Part shown: positions 48,648-59,082 of the stretch, one piece after another
How the letters are laid out: the number at the start of each line of letters is the position of its first letter
Numbering within the stretch: the stretch's first letter is position 1
NCBI GenBank assembly: GCA_043805415.1
Contig: JAZDHZ010000039.1
Location: 14,554-78,553 of the forward strand
DNA from: Candidatus Omnitrophota bacterium
Lineage (GTDB): Bacteria; Omnitrophota; Gorgyraeia; B26-G9
Length of the DNA stretch: 64,000 nucleotides
Direction of reading: 5' to 3'
Notes under the pieces: model-generated
The model's input: the letters and a program-made list of their open reading frames with translations, nothing else
Databases searched by the model: none
What the model was told of the DNA's origin: nothing
Translations under genes and position numbers: made by a program

Positions 48648-50855
48648 ATGCGTGATGAGATAAAACCACAAGAGATTTTAGAAATTCTTAGACAGAAGAT
48701 CGCGGATTTTGGCATTTCTTCCACAGCCGAAACAGAAGTCGGACGGGTTATTCAGTCCGGGGACGGAATTGCGCGGGTTTGGGGCCTGAACAATATAATG
48801 TCCGGCGAATTAGTGGAAATTGAAACCCCGGATGATAAGCAAGTTCAGGGCATGGTCATGAACCTTGAAGAAGAAACCGTGGGCATTATTTTATTCTCAG
48901 ATTATGAATTTGTCAAAGAAGGCTGTTTGGTTAGACGCACAAAACGGGTCGCGGAAGTTCCTGTGGGCGAAGGTCTTTTAGGCCGGGTTGTTGATTCTTT
49001 GGGCAATCCGATTGATGGCAAAGGGCCGATAAAGGCTCAGGAATATCGGCGGGTGGAAGCAAAAGGTCCGGGAATTATTGACCGGCAGAATGTTGTTGAG
49101 CCTTTGCACACTGGAATAAAAGCGATTGATGCCATGATTCCGATTGGCCGCGGACAGCGGGAACTTATTATCGGGGATCGCAAGACCGGTAAAACCACAA
49201 TCGCGATCGACACGATTATTAACCAGCAAAATTCTCAAGGCAAAGATAAAGTGCATTGTTTTTATGTGGCCATTGGCCAAAAACGTTCTTCAGTTGTCCA
49301 GTTGGTGGAAACTTTAAGAAAACACGGAGTTTTGGAATGCACAACCGTGATTTCCGCTACAGCTTCCGACCCGGCGTCTTTGCAGTATCTGGCGCCTTAC
49401 GCGGCCACGGCAATGGCGGAGTACTTTCGGGATAATGGAAAGCATGCTTTGATTATTTTTGATGATTTAACCAAACATGCTCAGGCTTATCGGGAACTGT
49501 CTTTGCTTATGCGCCGTTCTCCGGGACGCGAAGCTTATCCCGGCGATATTTTTTATCTCCATTCCCGGCTTTTGGAAAGAGCGGCAAAAATGAGCGAAGC
49601 CAAAGGCGGCGGTTCTCTGACCGCGCTTCCGATTGTGGAAACCCAGGAAGGAGATGTTTCCGCTTATATTCCGACAAATGTTATCTCAATTACGGATGGG
49701 CAAATATTTCTTGAATCCAATCTGTTTAATTCCGGCCTGCGCCCGGCGATTAATGTCGGCATTTCTGTTTCCCGAGTCGGCGGTGACGCGCAAATCAAAA
49801 TCGTCAAACAAACGGTCGGTCCTTTGCGGATTCATCTGGCGCAATTTCGCGAATTAGCCGCGTTTATGCAATTTTCCTCGGATCTTGACGCGTCCACAAA
49901 AAAACAGCTGGAAAGAGGTAAGCGGCTTATCGAAATACTCAAACAACCGCAATACGCGCCGATTGACATATATAAACAGGTAATGATTCTAAAAGCCGGA
50001 GTTTCCGGCAGGCTGGATAAGTATCCCACAGACAAGCTTTTGCATTACCAGAAAGAGTTATTTGCTTTTCTGGATACACAAGCAGCCGGATTTATGGAAA
50101 AACTGCGTAAAACCGCAAGCTTTGATGATAAATTAGAAGCAGAGGCAATTAGTGTTTTTGAAACATTTGAAAAGCAATTTAATCCTGATATAGCGGAAAG
50201 TAATGTTGATTCCGGTTATGGTATAAATCTGGCAATGGCATTGACCCATCGGACATCACGGATTAATCGGGAAATGCTGAAATTGGTTGAACATATCGCT
50301 TCCTATGATCTAGGTACTCCTACTTTAGAGAAAGAATTGGAAGAAATTATCAATGGCAAGGAGATTGCTGAAGAACAAAGAGTCGAACGCCTGGTTGAAA
50401 CCTGTGAAATCATTGATTGGAGCAAATCGAATAAAATTGAGGATGTTTTCCAAAAAGCCGCGGAAATCATGGCCAAGAAATTTAAGGATATCAATAGCCA
50501 AGAAATATACGATAAACTGATTGAGCGCGAAAAATCAAGCTCTACCGCCTTGTCTGCGTTCTTTGCTTTACCGCACATTATTGTTGAGGGCAAAGAAAGA
50601 TTCGAAATGGTAATCGTCCGCGCGCGCAAAGGCATATCATTTTCCGAGGCCATGCCTAAAGTTCACGCCATGTTTTTCCTTGTTGGTTCAATGGATGAAC
50701 GTCATTTCCACTTAGTTGTCCTGGCTGCTTTAGCCGGACTTGTGCAGCAGCCGGATTTTGAAGATACATGGCTAAATACGCGCAATCTGAATGATTTGCG
50801 GAATAATTTATTGGAATTGATAAAGAATAAGGACGACGCGGAAGAAAATGGCTAA
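48648..50855 (+). CDS. atpA: ATP synthase subunit alpha fused to a C-terminal PTS EIIA (type 2) domain
   Basis: [44 protein letters not shown]. Core ends near 50186, then about 220 aa with [20 protein letters not shown] and [19 protein letters not shown]. Confidence 0.95.
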   Translation: MRDEIKPQEILEILRQKIADFGISSTAETEVGRVIQSGDGIARVWGLNNIMSGELVEIETPDDKQVQGMVMNLEEETVGIILFSDYEFVKEGCLVRRTKRVAEVPVGEGLLGRVVDSLGNPIDGKGPIKAQEYRRVEAKGPGIIDRQNVVEPLHTGIKAIDAMIPIGRGQRELIIGDRKTGKTTIAIDTIINQQNSQGKDKVHCFYVAIGQKRSSVVQLVETLRKHGVLECTTVISATASDPASLQYLAPYAATAMAEYFRDNGKHALIIFDDLTKHAQAYRELSLLMRRSPGREAYPGDIFYLHSRLLERAAKMSEAKGGGSLTALPIVETQEGDVSAYIPTNVISITDGQIFLESNLFNSGLRPAINVGISVSRVGGDAQIKIVKQTVGPLRIHLAQFRELAAFMQFSSDLDASTKKQLERGKRLIEILKQPQYAPIDIYKQVMILKAGVSGRLDKYPTDKLLHYQKELFAFLDTQAAGFMEKLRKTASFDDKLEAEAISVFETFEKQFNPDIAESNVDSGYGINLAMALTHRTSRINREMLKLVEHIASYDLGTPTLEKELEEIINGKEIAEEQRVERLVETCEIIDWSKSNKIEDVFQKAAEIMAKKFKDINSQEIYDKLIEREKSSSTALSAFFALPHIIVEGKERFEMVIVRARKGISFSEAMPKVHAMFFLVGSMDERHFHLVVLAALAGLVQQPDFEDTWLNTRNLNDLRNNLLELIKNKDDAEENG

Positions 50856-51726
50856 TCTAAAAGACTTACATGTCAGAATTTCCACGCTGAAAAATATGCA
50901 GAAAGTTATGCGGGCAATGAATATGATTGCCTCAGTCAAGCTGCGTAAACTTGCGCGGATGCAGTCATCATTAGCTTTTTTTGAAAAATCACTGGAGAGC
51001 ATTGCCGAAGATATTCATAAGGCCCTGAATCAGACGGATTTCCCCTTGATTAGCGGGTTTAAAAATATTAAAAAAACGCATGTTATTTTCTTTACCGCGG
51101 ATAAAGGTTTGTGCGGCAGCCATAATAGTTCGGTTCAGAAAAGCCTGGATATATTTATCCGCGAACAGGCAAAAAACAAAATAGCGGTAGATGTTACTTG
51201 TATTGGACTGCGCGGCGCTAATTTCTGCAAACGCAGAGAATATGAAATCTATCATCAAACGGAAATCAATGAACGGGTGTTTAATGCCGCTTCTGTTCTG
51301 GATTTATCAACAAAAATTTCCCGGCGTTTTCTGAATAATGAAATTCAGGAAGTTCATCTTATTGCTAATTATTTTCGCTCCACTCTGGAGCAGGATACGG
51401 TTACTGCCCGCCTGCTTCCCTTAGAGACAATGTCCGCGGATAAAACCAAAGCAATAGATTATGAATTTAATCCGGAGATAGAGCCTGAGCCCAAAAAATT
51501 CATTACTTTGGCGCAGGGACAATATCTTTATTATAAATTAATTTCCGCGTTGGTGAACTCGTATTTAAGTGAACAGTCTTCAAGAATGACTGCTATGGAA
51601 AACGCGACTAAAAACTCAGAAGATCTGATAAATCACTATGTGACATTACAGAATCGCGCCCGGCAGGCGACGATCACAAATGATTTAATTGAAATTATCT
51701 CAGGAAAAGAAGCTTTAAAAGGATAG
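50848..51726 (+). CDS. atpG: ATP synthase subunit gamma
   Basis: [43 protein letters not shown]. Confidence 0.96.
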   Translation: MANLKDLHVRISTLKNMQKVMRAMNMIASVKLRKLARMQSSLAFFEKSLESIAEDIHKALNQTDFPLISGFKNIKKTHVIFFTADKGLCGSHNSSVQKSLDIFIREQAKNKIAVDVTCIGLRGANFCKRREYEIYHQTEINERVFNAASVLDLSTKISRRFLNNEIQEVHLIANYFRSTLEQDTVTARLLPLETMSADKTKAIDYEFNPEIEPEPKKFITLAQGQYLYYKLISALVNSYLSEQSSRMTAMENATKNSEDLINHYVTLQNRARQATITNDLIEIISGKEALKG

Positions 51727-53399
<1,673 letters not shown>

Positions 53400-53498
53400 T
53401 TAATCAGAACGCGGTTTTTTATTTAAACCAGAAGTTTTCAATATCTGTCCAAGCTGAATTTAGTTTTAAACCCAGCTGCTTTGGCAAGCCAAAAAAAT

Positions 53499-53533
53499 AA
53501 ACGGATCTCCATTTGGATGTCCGTTTGTTTTTT
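53499..53533 (+). terminator. Probable terminator of the atp operon
   Basis: AAACGGA..TCCA-TT-TGGA..TCCGTTT followed by a T-run. Confidence 0.6.
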
Positions 53534-53650
53534 ACCCCAAGAAAGCAAAACCCGCGCTGTAAGCTGGATAAAAAACATTCAATAAATTAGCGGCATCTAT
53601 GTTAAAATGACTTTAATTAAAAAAAACCTAAATTGGCCGGATATATTATT

Positions 53651-56600
53651 ATGCTGGAAAATATTATAGCTTACTTTATTAAAAGACATTTGCTTACCAA
53701 TCTTATTGTGGTTGTGGTTATGATTGGCGGAATCTTTGCCTGGCAAAACACAAGCAAGGAAGAGATGCCGGATATTGAATTTGACCACGCGCATATAACC
53801 GCTACTTATCCCGGAGCAACTGCCGCAGAAGTTGAACATTTTGTTACAAAACCCCTGGAAGAACAGGTGAAAGGCCTTGACGGTGTTTCCCGGATCACGA
53901 GTACGTCCAGCGACGGAAACGCTAATATATCGGTTGAATTCGAAAAGGACTATCCGAATCTTGACGAGGCTTTAATGGATGTCAGAAACGCGGTGCTTGA
54001 TGTAAAACTGCCGGATGATGTCATTGATGAGCCTCAAGTCCATGTCTGGAAAACCTCGAAAATGGCGATTATTGACGTGGTTTTAATTGATACGCGTGAG
54101 CATCTTCTAGATACGCGATCGCGCAAACGCCTGCAGCAATACGCGTATACTCTAGAGCAGCAGCTGCTTAATCTTCCGGAAGTAAACACTGTTGAAAAAT
54201 CAAGTTATTTGCAGGAAGAACTGCAGATAATGGTTAAGCCGGAAAAGTTAAGAGAATTTGATATTCCGTTTAATACTGTATTGACGGAAGTCAAGACCAA
54301 TCATGTCCGGCAGCCCGCGGGAAGTATTGAGGCAAAAAGCGAACCAAAGGTTACTTTGCTTTCAGAGCTTGATACTGTAGCTAAACTGGAAGATCTGGTT
54401 ATCCAGGGAGGGTTTGAGGGACAGGTTGTAAACCTCAAGCAAGTCGCGGATATCAAGCTTGGTTTTAGCAAAAGTAATACAATATTCAAGGTAAACGGCC
54501 GCGAAGGCATATTGCTGCGGGTGATTAAAAACAGTTCTTTTGGAATCCTTGACGCCCTGGCAGCGGTTAAAAAACAGCTTAAATTTTTTCAACAGAACAA
54601 TCTTCAGGATACAGCAATCGAACTTATCTCACTTGATGACGCGTCCATTGATTTAAAGAACAGGCTGGCGCTTGTTGTGACAAACGGAGCTCTGGGTTTT
54701 ATCCTGATTCTGATCATATTATTTGTTTTTCTGGATTTTAAATCCGGCGTCTGGGTGGCGATGGGCATTCCGTTTACGCTTTGTTTTGCCATGATCGGCA
54801 CGAGGTTTATGGGGTATACAATAAACAATATCACGCTTGCCGCGGTTATTATTGTTTTAGGCATGATCGTTGATGACGCGATTGTTGTTTCGGAAAACAT
54901 CACCCGCTTACGCGCCGAAGGCATGTCTTCGGAAGAGGCGGCAGTCAAAGGCACAGCATTTGTGTTTACCCCGATACTTGCCAGCATCCTGACCACCTGT
55001 ATCGCGTTTGTGCCGCTGTTCTTTTTCCAAGGCAGGTTTGGGAAAATGCTTGTATTTATTCCCCCGATAATTTTTCTTATGCTGGGAGCAAGTCTTTTTG
55101 AATCACTTGTAATCTTGCCCGGACATATGCACCTTGATCTTTCTGTTTTTAACGGGTATTTAAAAAAATTTAAGAAGAAACAAGTCAAGGAAAATGCGAT
55201 ACACTGGTTTAGCAAGGTAGAGGATTATTATGAAAGCATTTTAAATAAGGTTCTGCCTTTAAAGAAGTTTGTATTTATTGTTTTTATTTTGCTGCTTATT
55301 TTTTCCGGATATATTGTTAAAACAAAAATGAAATATGTAATGTTTCCTAATGAAGAGACCAGGGAGATCTCAATATCCGGAGAAGCAGCCGCGGATGCTG
55401 ATAAATATGAAACCGCCCAGTTAACAAGACAGGTGGAAGATATAATTATTCCATATCTTAAAAAAGAGGTTATTGGGTTCAGGACGCAGATTGCCAGGAG
55501 CCGAACGAGCCGGGCTGTTGAGGAAAATAAATTCCGCATGGTTGTTGAGATCCTGCCTAAGGAAAAACGTGAAAAATCAGCGGACCAGCTGATCAAAGAA
55601 TGGGAAAAGGGTTTTGCCGCGATCAAAGGGCTTAAAGATATTCAGGCAATTAAAAGCCGATGGGGTCATGCCTCGGGAAGCCCGATAGAGCTTATTGTGC
55701 AGGAGAATGACGAAAACACCAGAAGTATTATCTCAGAACAGCTGGCCGAGATCATGAAAAACAATCCAGTGCTGGAAAATGTCGAAATCGAGCGGCCTTT
55801 GGAGAATACAGAATATCAGATAAGCTTAAACCGCGAAAAGATTAAACGCTTATCAATAAATCCCGCTGATATTTCCGCGACACTCAGGGCAGCTCTTGAG
55901 GGAACGGTTATTTATGAACTGCTGCAGGGAGACGAGAAAGTAGACGTGCGGTTTACGATTATTGAAAAGGCAAAAAAAGATATTGAAAATATCCTGGATA
56001 TCCCGGTGGAAAACACGGGAAATTATCTGGTTCCTTTAAGGGATATCGTGGCTGTTGAAAAAACAATTACGCCTAATTCAATCGAAAGAAAAGACGGCAA
56101 AAGAATCACGACGATATTCGCGGACATAAAGAAAGGAGCCAAACGGACGCCGATTGAAATAGCTGACGCGCTTGAGAAAAATGAATTTCCCAAGATTTTA
56201 TCCGCCTATTCGACTGTTCTGCTTAATTTTGAGGGAGAGGTAAAAGATACACGCGAATCAAAAGGAGATTTTACCAGCTCTATAATCTTAGCGGTCTTAT
56301 TGATATATATTGTGCTGGTTTTATTGCTGAACTCATTAACAAAACCGCTTATTATCATGTTGTCAATTCCCTTTGGGATTGTGGGCATAGTGCTTGCTTT
56401 CTGGCTGCATGGTAAAGTTCTATTCGGGTTTTTCGCGTCTATCGGCGCGATCGGGCTTGCCGGTGTTGTGGTCAATGATTCTATCGTCATGCTGGTGAAG
56501 CTCGAGAAGCAGTATGACCGCTTAAAAGGAAAAGAATTCTCTAACGCTCAGATCGCTTCCATATCAAAGACCAGATTAAAAGCGGTTATGCTGACAACAG

Positions 56601-56791
56601 TTACAACTGTTGCCGGACTTCTGCCTACGGCATACGGGTTTACCGGCTATGATGCGATGCTCGCGGAAATGATGCTGGCTTTGGCCTGGGGGCTTATGTT
56701 CGGGACTTTGATTACGCTATTGCTTGTTCCCAGCGCGTATAGCCTGGGCAAGGATTTGAGTTATAAACTGTCGGGACTTAAAAAAGGTTGA
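53651..56791 (+). CDS. RND efflux permease (AcrB/AcrD/AcrF family)
   Basis: TYPGATAAEVE, GMIVDDAIVVSENI, SIPFGIVG, GVVVNDSIV, RLKAVMLTT, TLLLVP. Confidence 0.93.
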   Translation: MLENIIAYFIKRHLLTNLIVVVVMIGGIFAWQNTSKEEMPDIEFDHAHITATYPGATAAEVEHFVTKPLEEQVKGLDGVSRITSTSSDGNANISVEFEKDYPNLDEALMDVRNAVLDVKLPDDVIDEPQVHVWKTSKMAIIDVVLIDTREHLLDTRSRKRLQQYAYTLEQQLLNLPEVNTVEKSSYLQEELQIMVKPEKLREFDIPFNTVLTEVKTNHVRQPAGSIEAKSEPKVTLLSELDTVAKLEDLVIQGGFEGQVVNLKQVADIKLGFSKSNTIFKVNGREGILLRVIKNSSFGILDALAAVKKQLKFFQQNNLQDTAIELISLDDASIDLKNRLALVVTNGALGFILILIILFVFLDFKSGVWVAMGIPFTLCFAMIGTRFMGYTINNITLAAVIIVLGMIVDDAIVVSENITRLRAEGMSSEEAAVKGTAFVFTPILASILTTCIAFVPLFFFQGRFGKMLVFIPPIIFLMLGASLFESLVILPGHMHLDLSVFNGYLKKFKKKQVKENAIHWFSKVEDYYESILNKVLPLKKFVFIVFILLLIFSGYIVKTKMKYVMFPNEETREISISGEAAADADKYETAQLTRQVEDIIIPYLKKEVIGFRTQIARSRTSRAVEENKFRMVVEILPKEKREKSADQLIKEWEKGFAAIKGLKDIQAIKSRWGHASGSPIELIVQENDENTRSIISEQLAEIMKNNPVLENVEIERPLENTEYQISLNREKIKRLSINPADISATLRAALEGTVIYELLQGDEKVDVRFTIIEKAKKDIENILDIPVENTGNYLVPLRDIVAVEKTITPNSIERKDGKRITTIFADIKKGAKRTPIEIADALEKNEFPKILSAYSTVLLNFEGEVKDTRESKGDFTSSIILAVLLIYIVLVLLLNSLTKPLIIMLSIPFGIVGIVLAFWLHGKVLFGFFASIGAIGLAGVVVNDSIVMLVKLEKQYDRLKGKEFSNAQIASISKTRLKAVMLTTVTTVAGLLPTAYGFTGYDAMLAEMMLALAWGLMFGTLITLLLVPSAYSLGKDLSYKLSGLKKG

Positions 56792-56792
56792 A

Positions 56793-58208
56793 ATGAAAAC
56801 AAACAAAAACCATAAAACAATCATTTTAGGATTAATCCTGCTTTTAACCGCGAACACGGGTTTTGCCCAAAGCAGCAATAATCCGGGGAGCGAACGCGCT
56901 CTCGGCATAAATGAGTTTATTGAGTTAGCAACAAAGAGTGACACAGTGTTTGAGGAAATATTGATTGAGGAGCTTGCCTTGCAATATCACAAGGATTTGA
57001 AATTACCGGCAAGGGACCTGGTGCTTGATCTTAAGACGGATTACGATTTTTTTATCACCCAGGATAGAGAAGAACCAGCAGGCTCGGTTGCTTTAAGTAA
57101 ACTTTTCCCTTATTCCGGAACGAATGTCAGTGTTGCTTATGAGACCAACGCGTCTTTTTCTTCAGAGGTTAACGCAACGGAATTTTCCGTGGCTGTTTCT
57201 CAAGCTATTGCCGGTAACGCTTTTGGCCGATCAACTCGTTTACAGAATAAAATTGTCGGAGCTGAGATCGCTGTGATTCAACACCAGATAATAGAAGCAT
57301 ATGAGGATTATCTGGCGGAGATCATCTGGGCTTATTATGATTGGTACGCGGCTTATGAGAATTTGAATATTGGCAGATCTTCTTATCAAGATAATTTAAA
57401 ACTGCTAAAAAACATTGAAGATCGAAGAAAAAGCAGCATAGCCTTGCCGATTGATGTTAATAAGATCAAACTGCAAGTGCTGGCAAAAAAGGAAAAGCTG
57501 ATTGAGCTTGAAGAGGCTTATAATAATAAGTTTAATTTTATCCAAACAGCACTGCGCTTTAAGCATACGCAAGCGCTGATTCCCCAGGAACCAAGGATGT
57601 ACGCTGATTTTGTCATATCCTTTGACGCGGATTTTGGCAAATTTTGGAAACATAGCCGTACGTATCAAATGCTTGAATTGCTTAAATCAAAGACATCGCT
57701 GGAAGTGGATAAAGAAGCTGATGATTTGCTGCCTTCAATAAATCTGCGCTTGGGATATAAAATGAACGGAGATGAGCTGAAGATTGATAATGATCAAGGC
57801 ATGGTTTTTGCCGGAATTTCTTTAAATTGGCCGTTTTCTGATCAAGTTGACCGGGCAGAATATGAAACCGCCAAGATCCAGGCGCGAAAGACTGGTTTGC
57901 AGGCAACAAACACGCATTATAGATTATTCCGGGACATCAGAAACCTGGCTTTGCAAATCGAAAAAGAACGGCAGCTTGTGGAAACGGACAAAGAAAAAAT
58001 CAGTTTAGCGCGTTTGATATTGGTTGATGAAGAGGAGAATTATTCTTACGGCAAGGTAACCCTGAATGATTATATTGCTTCGGTTAATGTCCTGGATGAG
58101 GACAGGTTCAAGCTGATCGAGCATAATGCCCAATATCAAAAATTGATAGTAGAATGGCTGAGGATAACAGACAGCCTGATCGGCAAAAAACAAATAAGCA
58201 GCCCCTGA
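56793..58208 (+). CDS. TolC-family outer membrane protein
   Basis: Signal peptide, AYYDWY, DDLLPSINL, GISLNWP, ENYSYGK. Adjacent to the RND gene. Confidence 0.8.
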   Translation: MKTNKNHKTIILGLILLLTANTGFAQSSNNPGSERALGINEFIELATKSDTVFEEILIEELALQYHKDLKLPARDLVLDLKTDYDFFITQDREEPAGSVALSKLFPYSGTNVSVAYETNASFSSEVNATEFSVAVSQAIAGNAFGRSTRLQNKIVGAEIAVIQHQIIEAYEDYLAEIIWAYYDWYAAYENLNIGRSSYQDNLKLLKNIEDRRKSSIALPIDVNKIKLQVLAKKEKLIELEEAYNNKFNFIQTALRFKHTQALIPQEPRMYADFVISFDADFGKFWKHSRTYQMLELLKSKTSLEVDKEADDLLPSINLRLGYKMNGDELKIDNDQGMVFAGISLNWPFSDQVDRAEYETAKIQARKTGLQATNTHYRLFRDIRNLALQIEKERQLVETDKEKISLARLILVDEEENYSYGKVTLNDYIASVNVLDEDRFKLIEHNAQYQKLIVEWLRITDSLIGKKQISSP

Positions 58209-58422
58209 TTATTCCGCGGTTTTTATCTCCTATGTCTTTATATGGCTTGGGCTATATTTTTGCAAGACAAAAGTATTCAGCTAAAAAATAAAGCCAAGGA
58301 ACGATACCTGAATAAATTTTCCAGGTTGCGCAATATATATTAGACAGGTATAATTAATTATAGATCTACATTCTCAATCAGCCATGCAATAAGTACGCTA
58401 AAACCATGAAAGCAGGTGTTGA

Positions 58423-58578
58423 ATGGACGACGATCTATTTGATGAATTTTTAGAATACGATATCATCATGGGCGCGGATGTAATTGCCTGTCCGCATTGC
58501 TCAGCAGAAGTATCTCGCGGTTTATTTTTTGATGATCAGGCTCAATGCCCTAAATGCGGTAAGCTGGTTAAAAAATAA
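58423..58578 (+). CDS. 51-aa acidic zinc-ribbon protein (not in the ORF track)
   Basis: MDDDLFDEFLEYDIIMGADVIACPHCSAEVSRGLFFDDQAQCPKCGKLVKK. RBS AGGTG. Confidence 0.75.
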   Translation: MDDDLFDEFLEYDIIMGADVIACPHCSAEVSRGLFFDDQAQCPKCGKLVKK

Positions 58579-58615
58579 CTTCCTAACAATAAACATGATA
58601 AATATAATCATTATC

Positions 58616-58749
58616 ATGGGACAAACTATAGCCGAAGTAATCGGCTGTGTCAGAATATTCTCAGCCAATATCCAAGTATTTTAAAGCGCAAAGGCATGGC
58701 GCAAACAAAGTATCGCAAAGCGCAAATTAATTTAATTACCTTAGTCTGA
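58616..58749 (+). pseudogene. Possible decayed ArsR-type HTH fragment
   Basis: Two frames joined near 58648 read TIAEVIGC/QNILSQYPSILKRKGMAQ, resembling the ArsR recognition helix. Confidence 0.3.
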
Positions 58750-58796
58750 ATAATTAAAGGATGATGAAACGCAAAATTAAAATAACATTTTTCATG

Positions 58797-58832
58797 ACCC
58801 TAATAGCTTAAACATAGCGATTAGGGTTTTTT
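58797..58832 (+). terminator. Intrinsic terminator-like hairpin
   Basis: ACCCTAATAGCT..AGCGATTAGGGT followed by a T-run. Confidence 0.65.
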
Positions 58833-59082
58833 CCTATCCAGCAATATCAAAACAAAGGTGTTGATTGAAGCTAAAAAAATTAGCCCAAAGCATGATAATG
58901 TATTTTGAGAGCATAGAAGTAAGCAAAGAGGTGGTTTATCCGGACAAAGCTTTGGATAGCTTGGCTATTTATCCACTATTTATCCACAAAGCTAACCTTG
59001 CTCCAGAGCTGATCAAGCAGCCTGCTCAGCGAGCTTTTGATAAGATATTAGTTATTTAGTTTCTCGCGTGTGGTGATAGTTT

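Noticed and set aside
58761-58832. Short ORF MMKRKIKITFFMTLIA plus terminator as an attenuator
   Set aside because: RBS spacing is too short, there is no clear run of control codons, and no biosynthetic gene follows.
58865-59059. 64-aa ORF
   Set aside because: TTG start, no recognisable motif, and it spans a local duplication. Not supportable as a gene.
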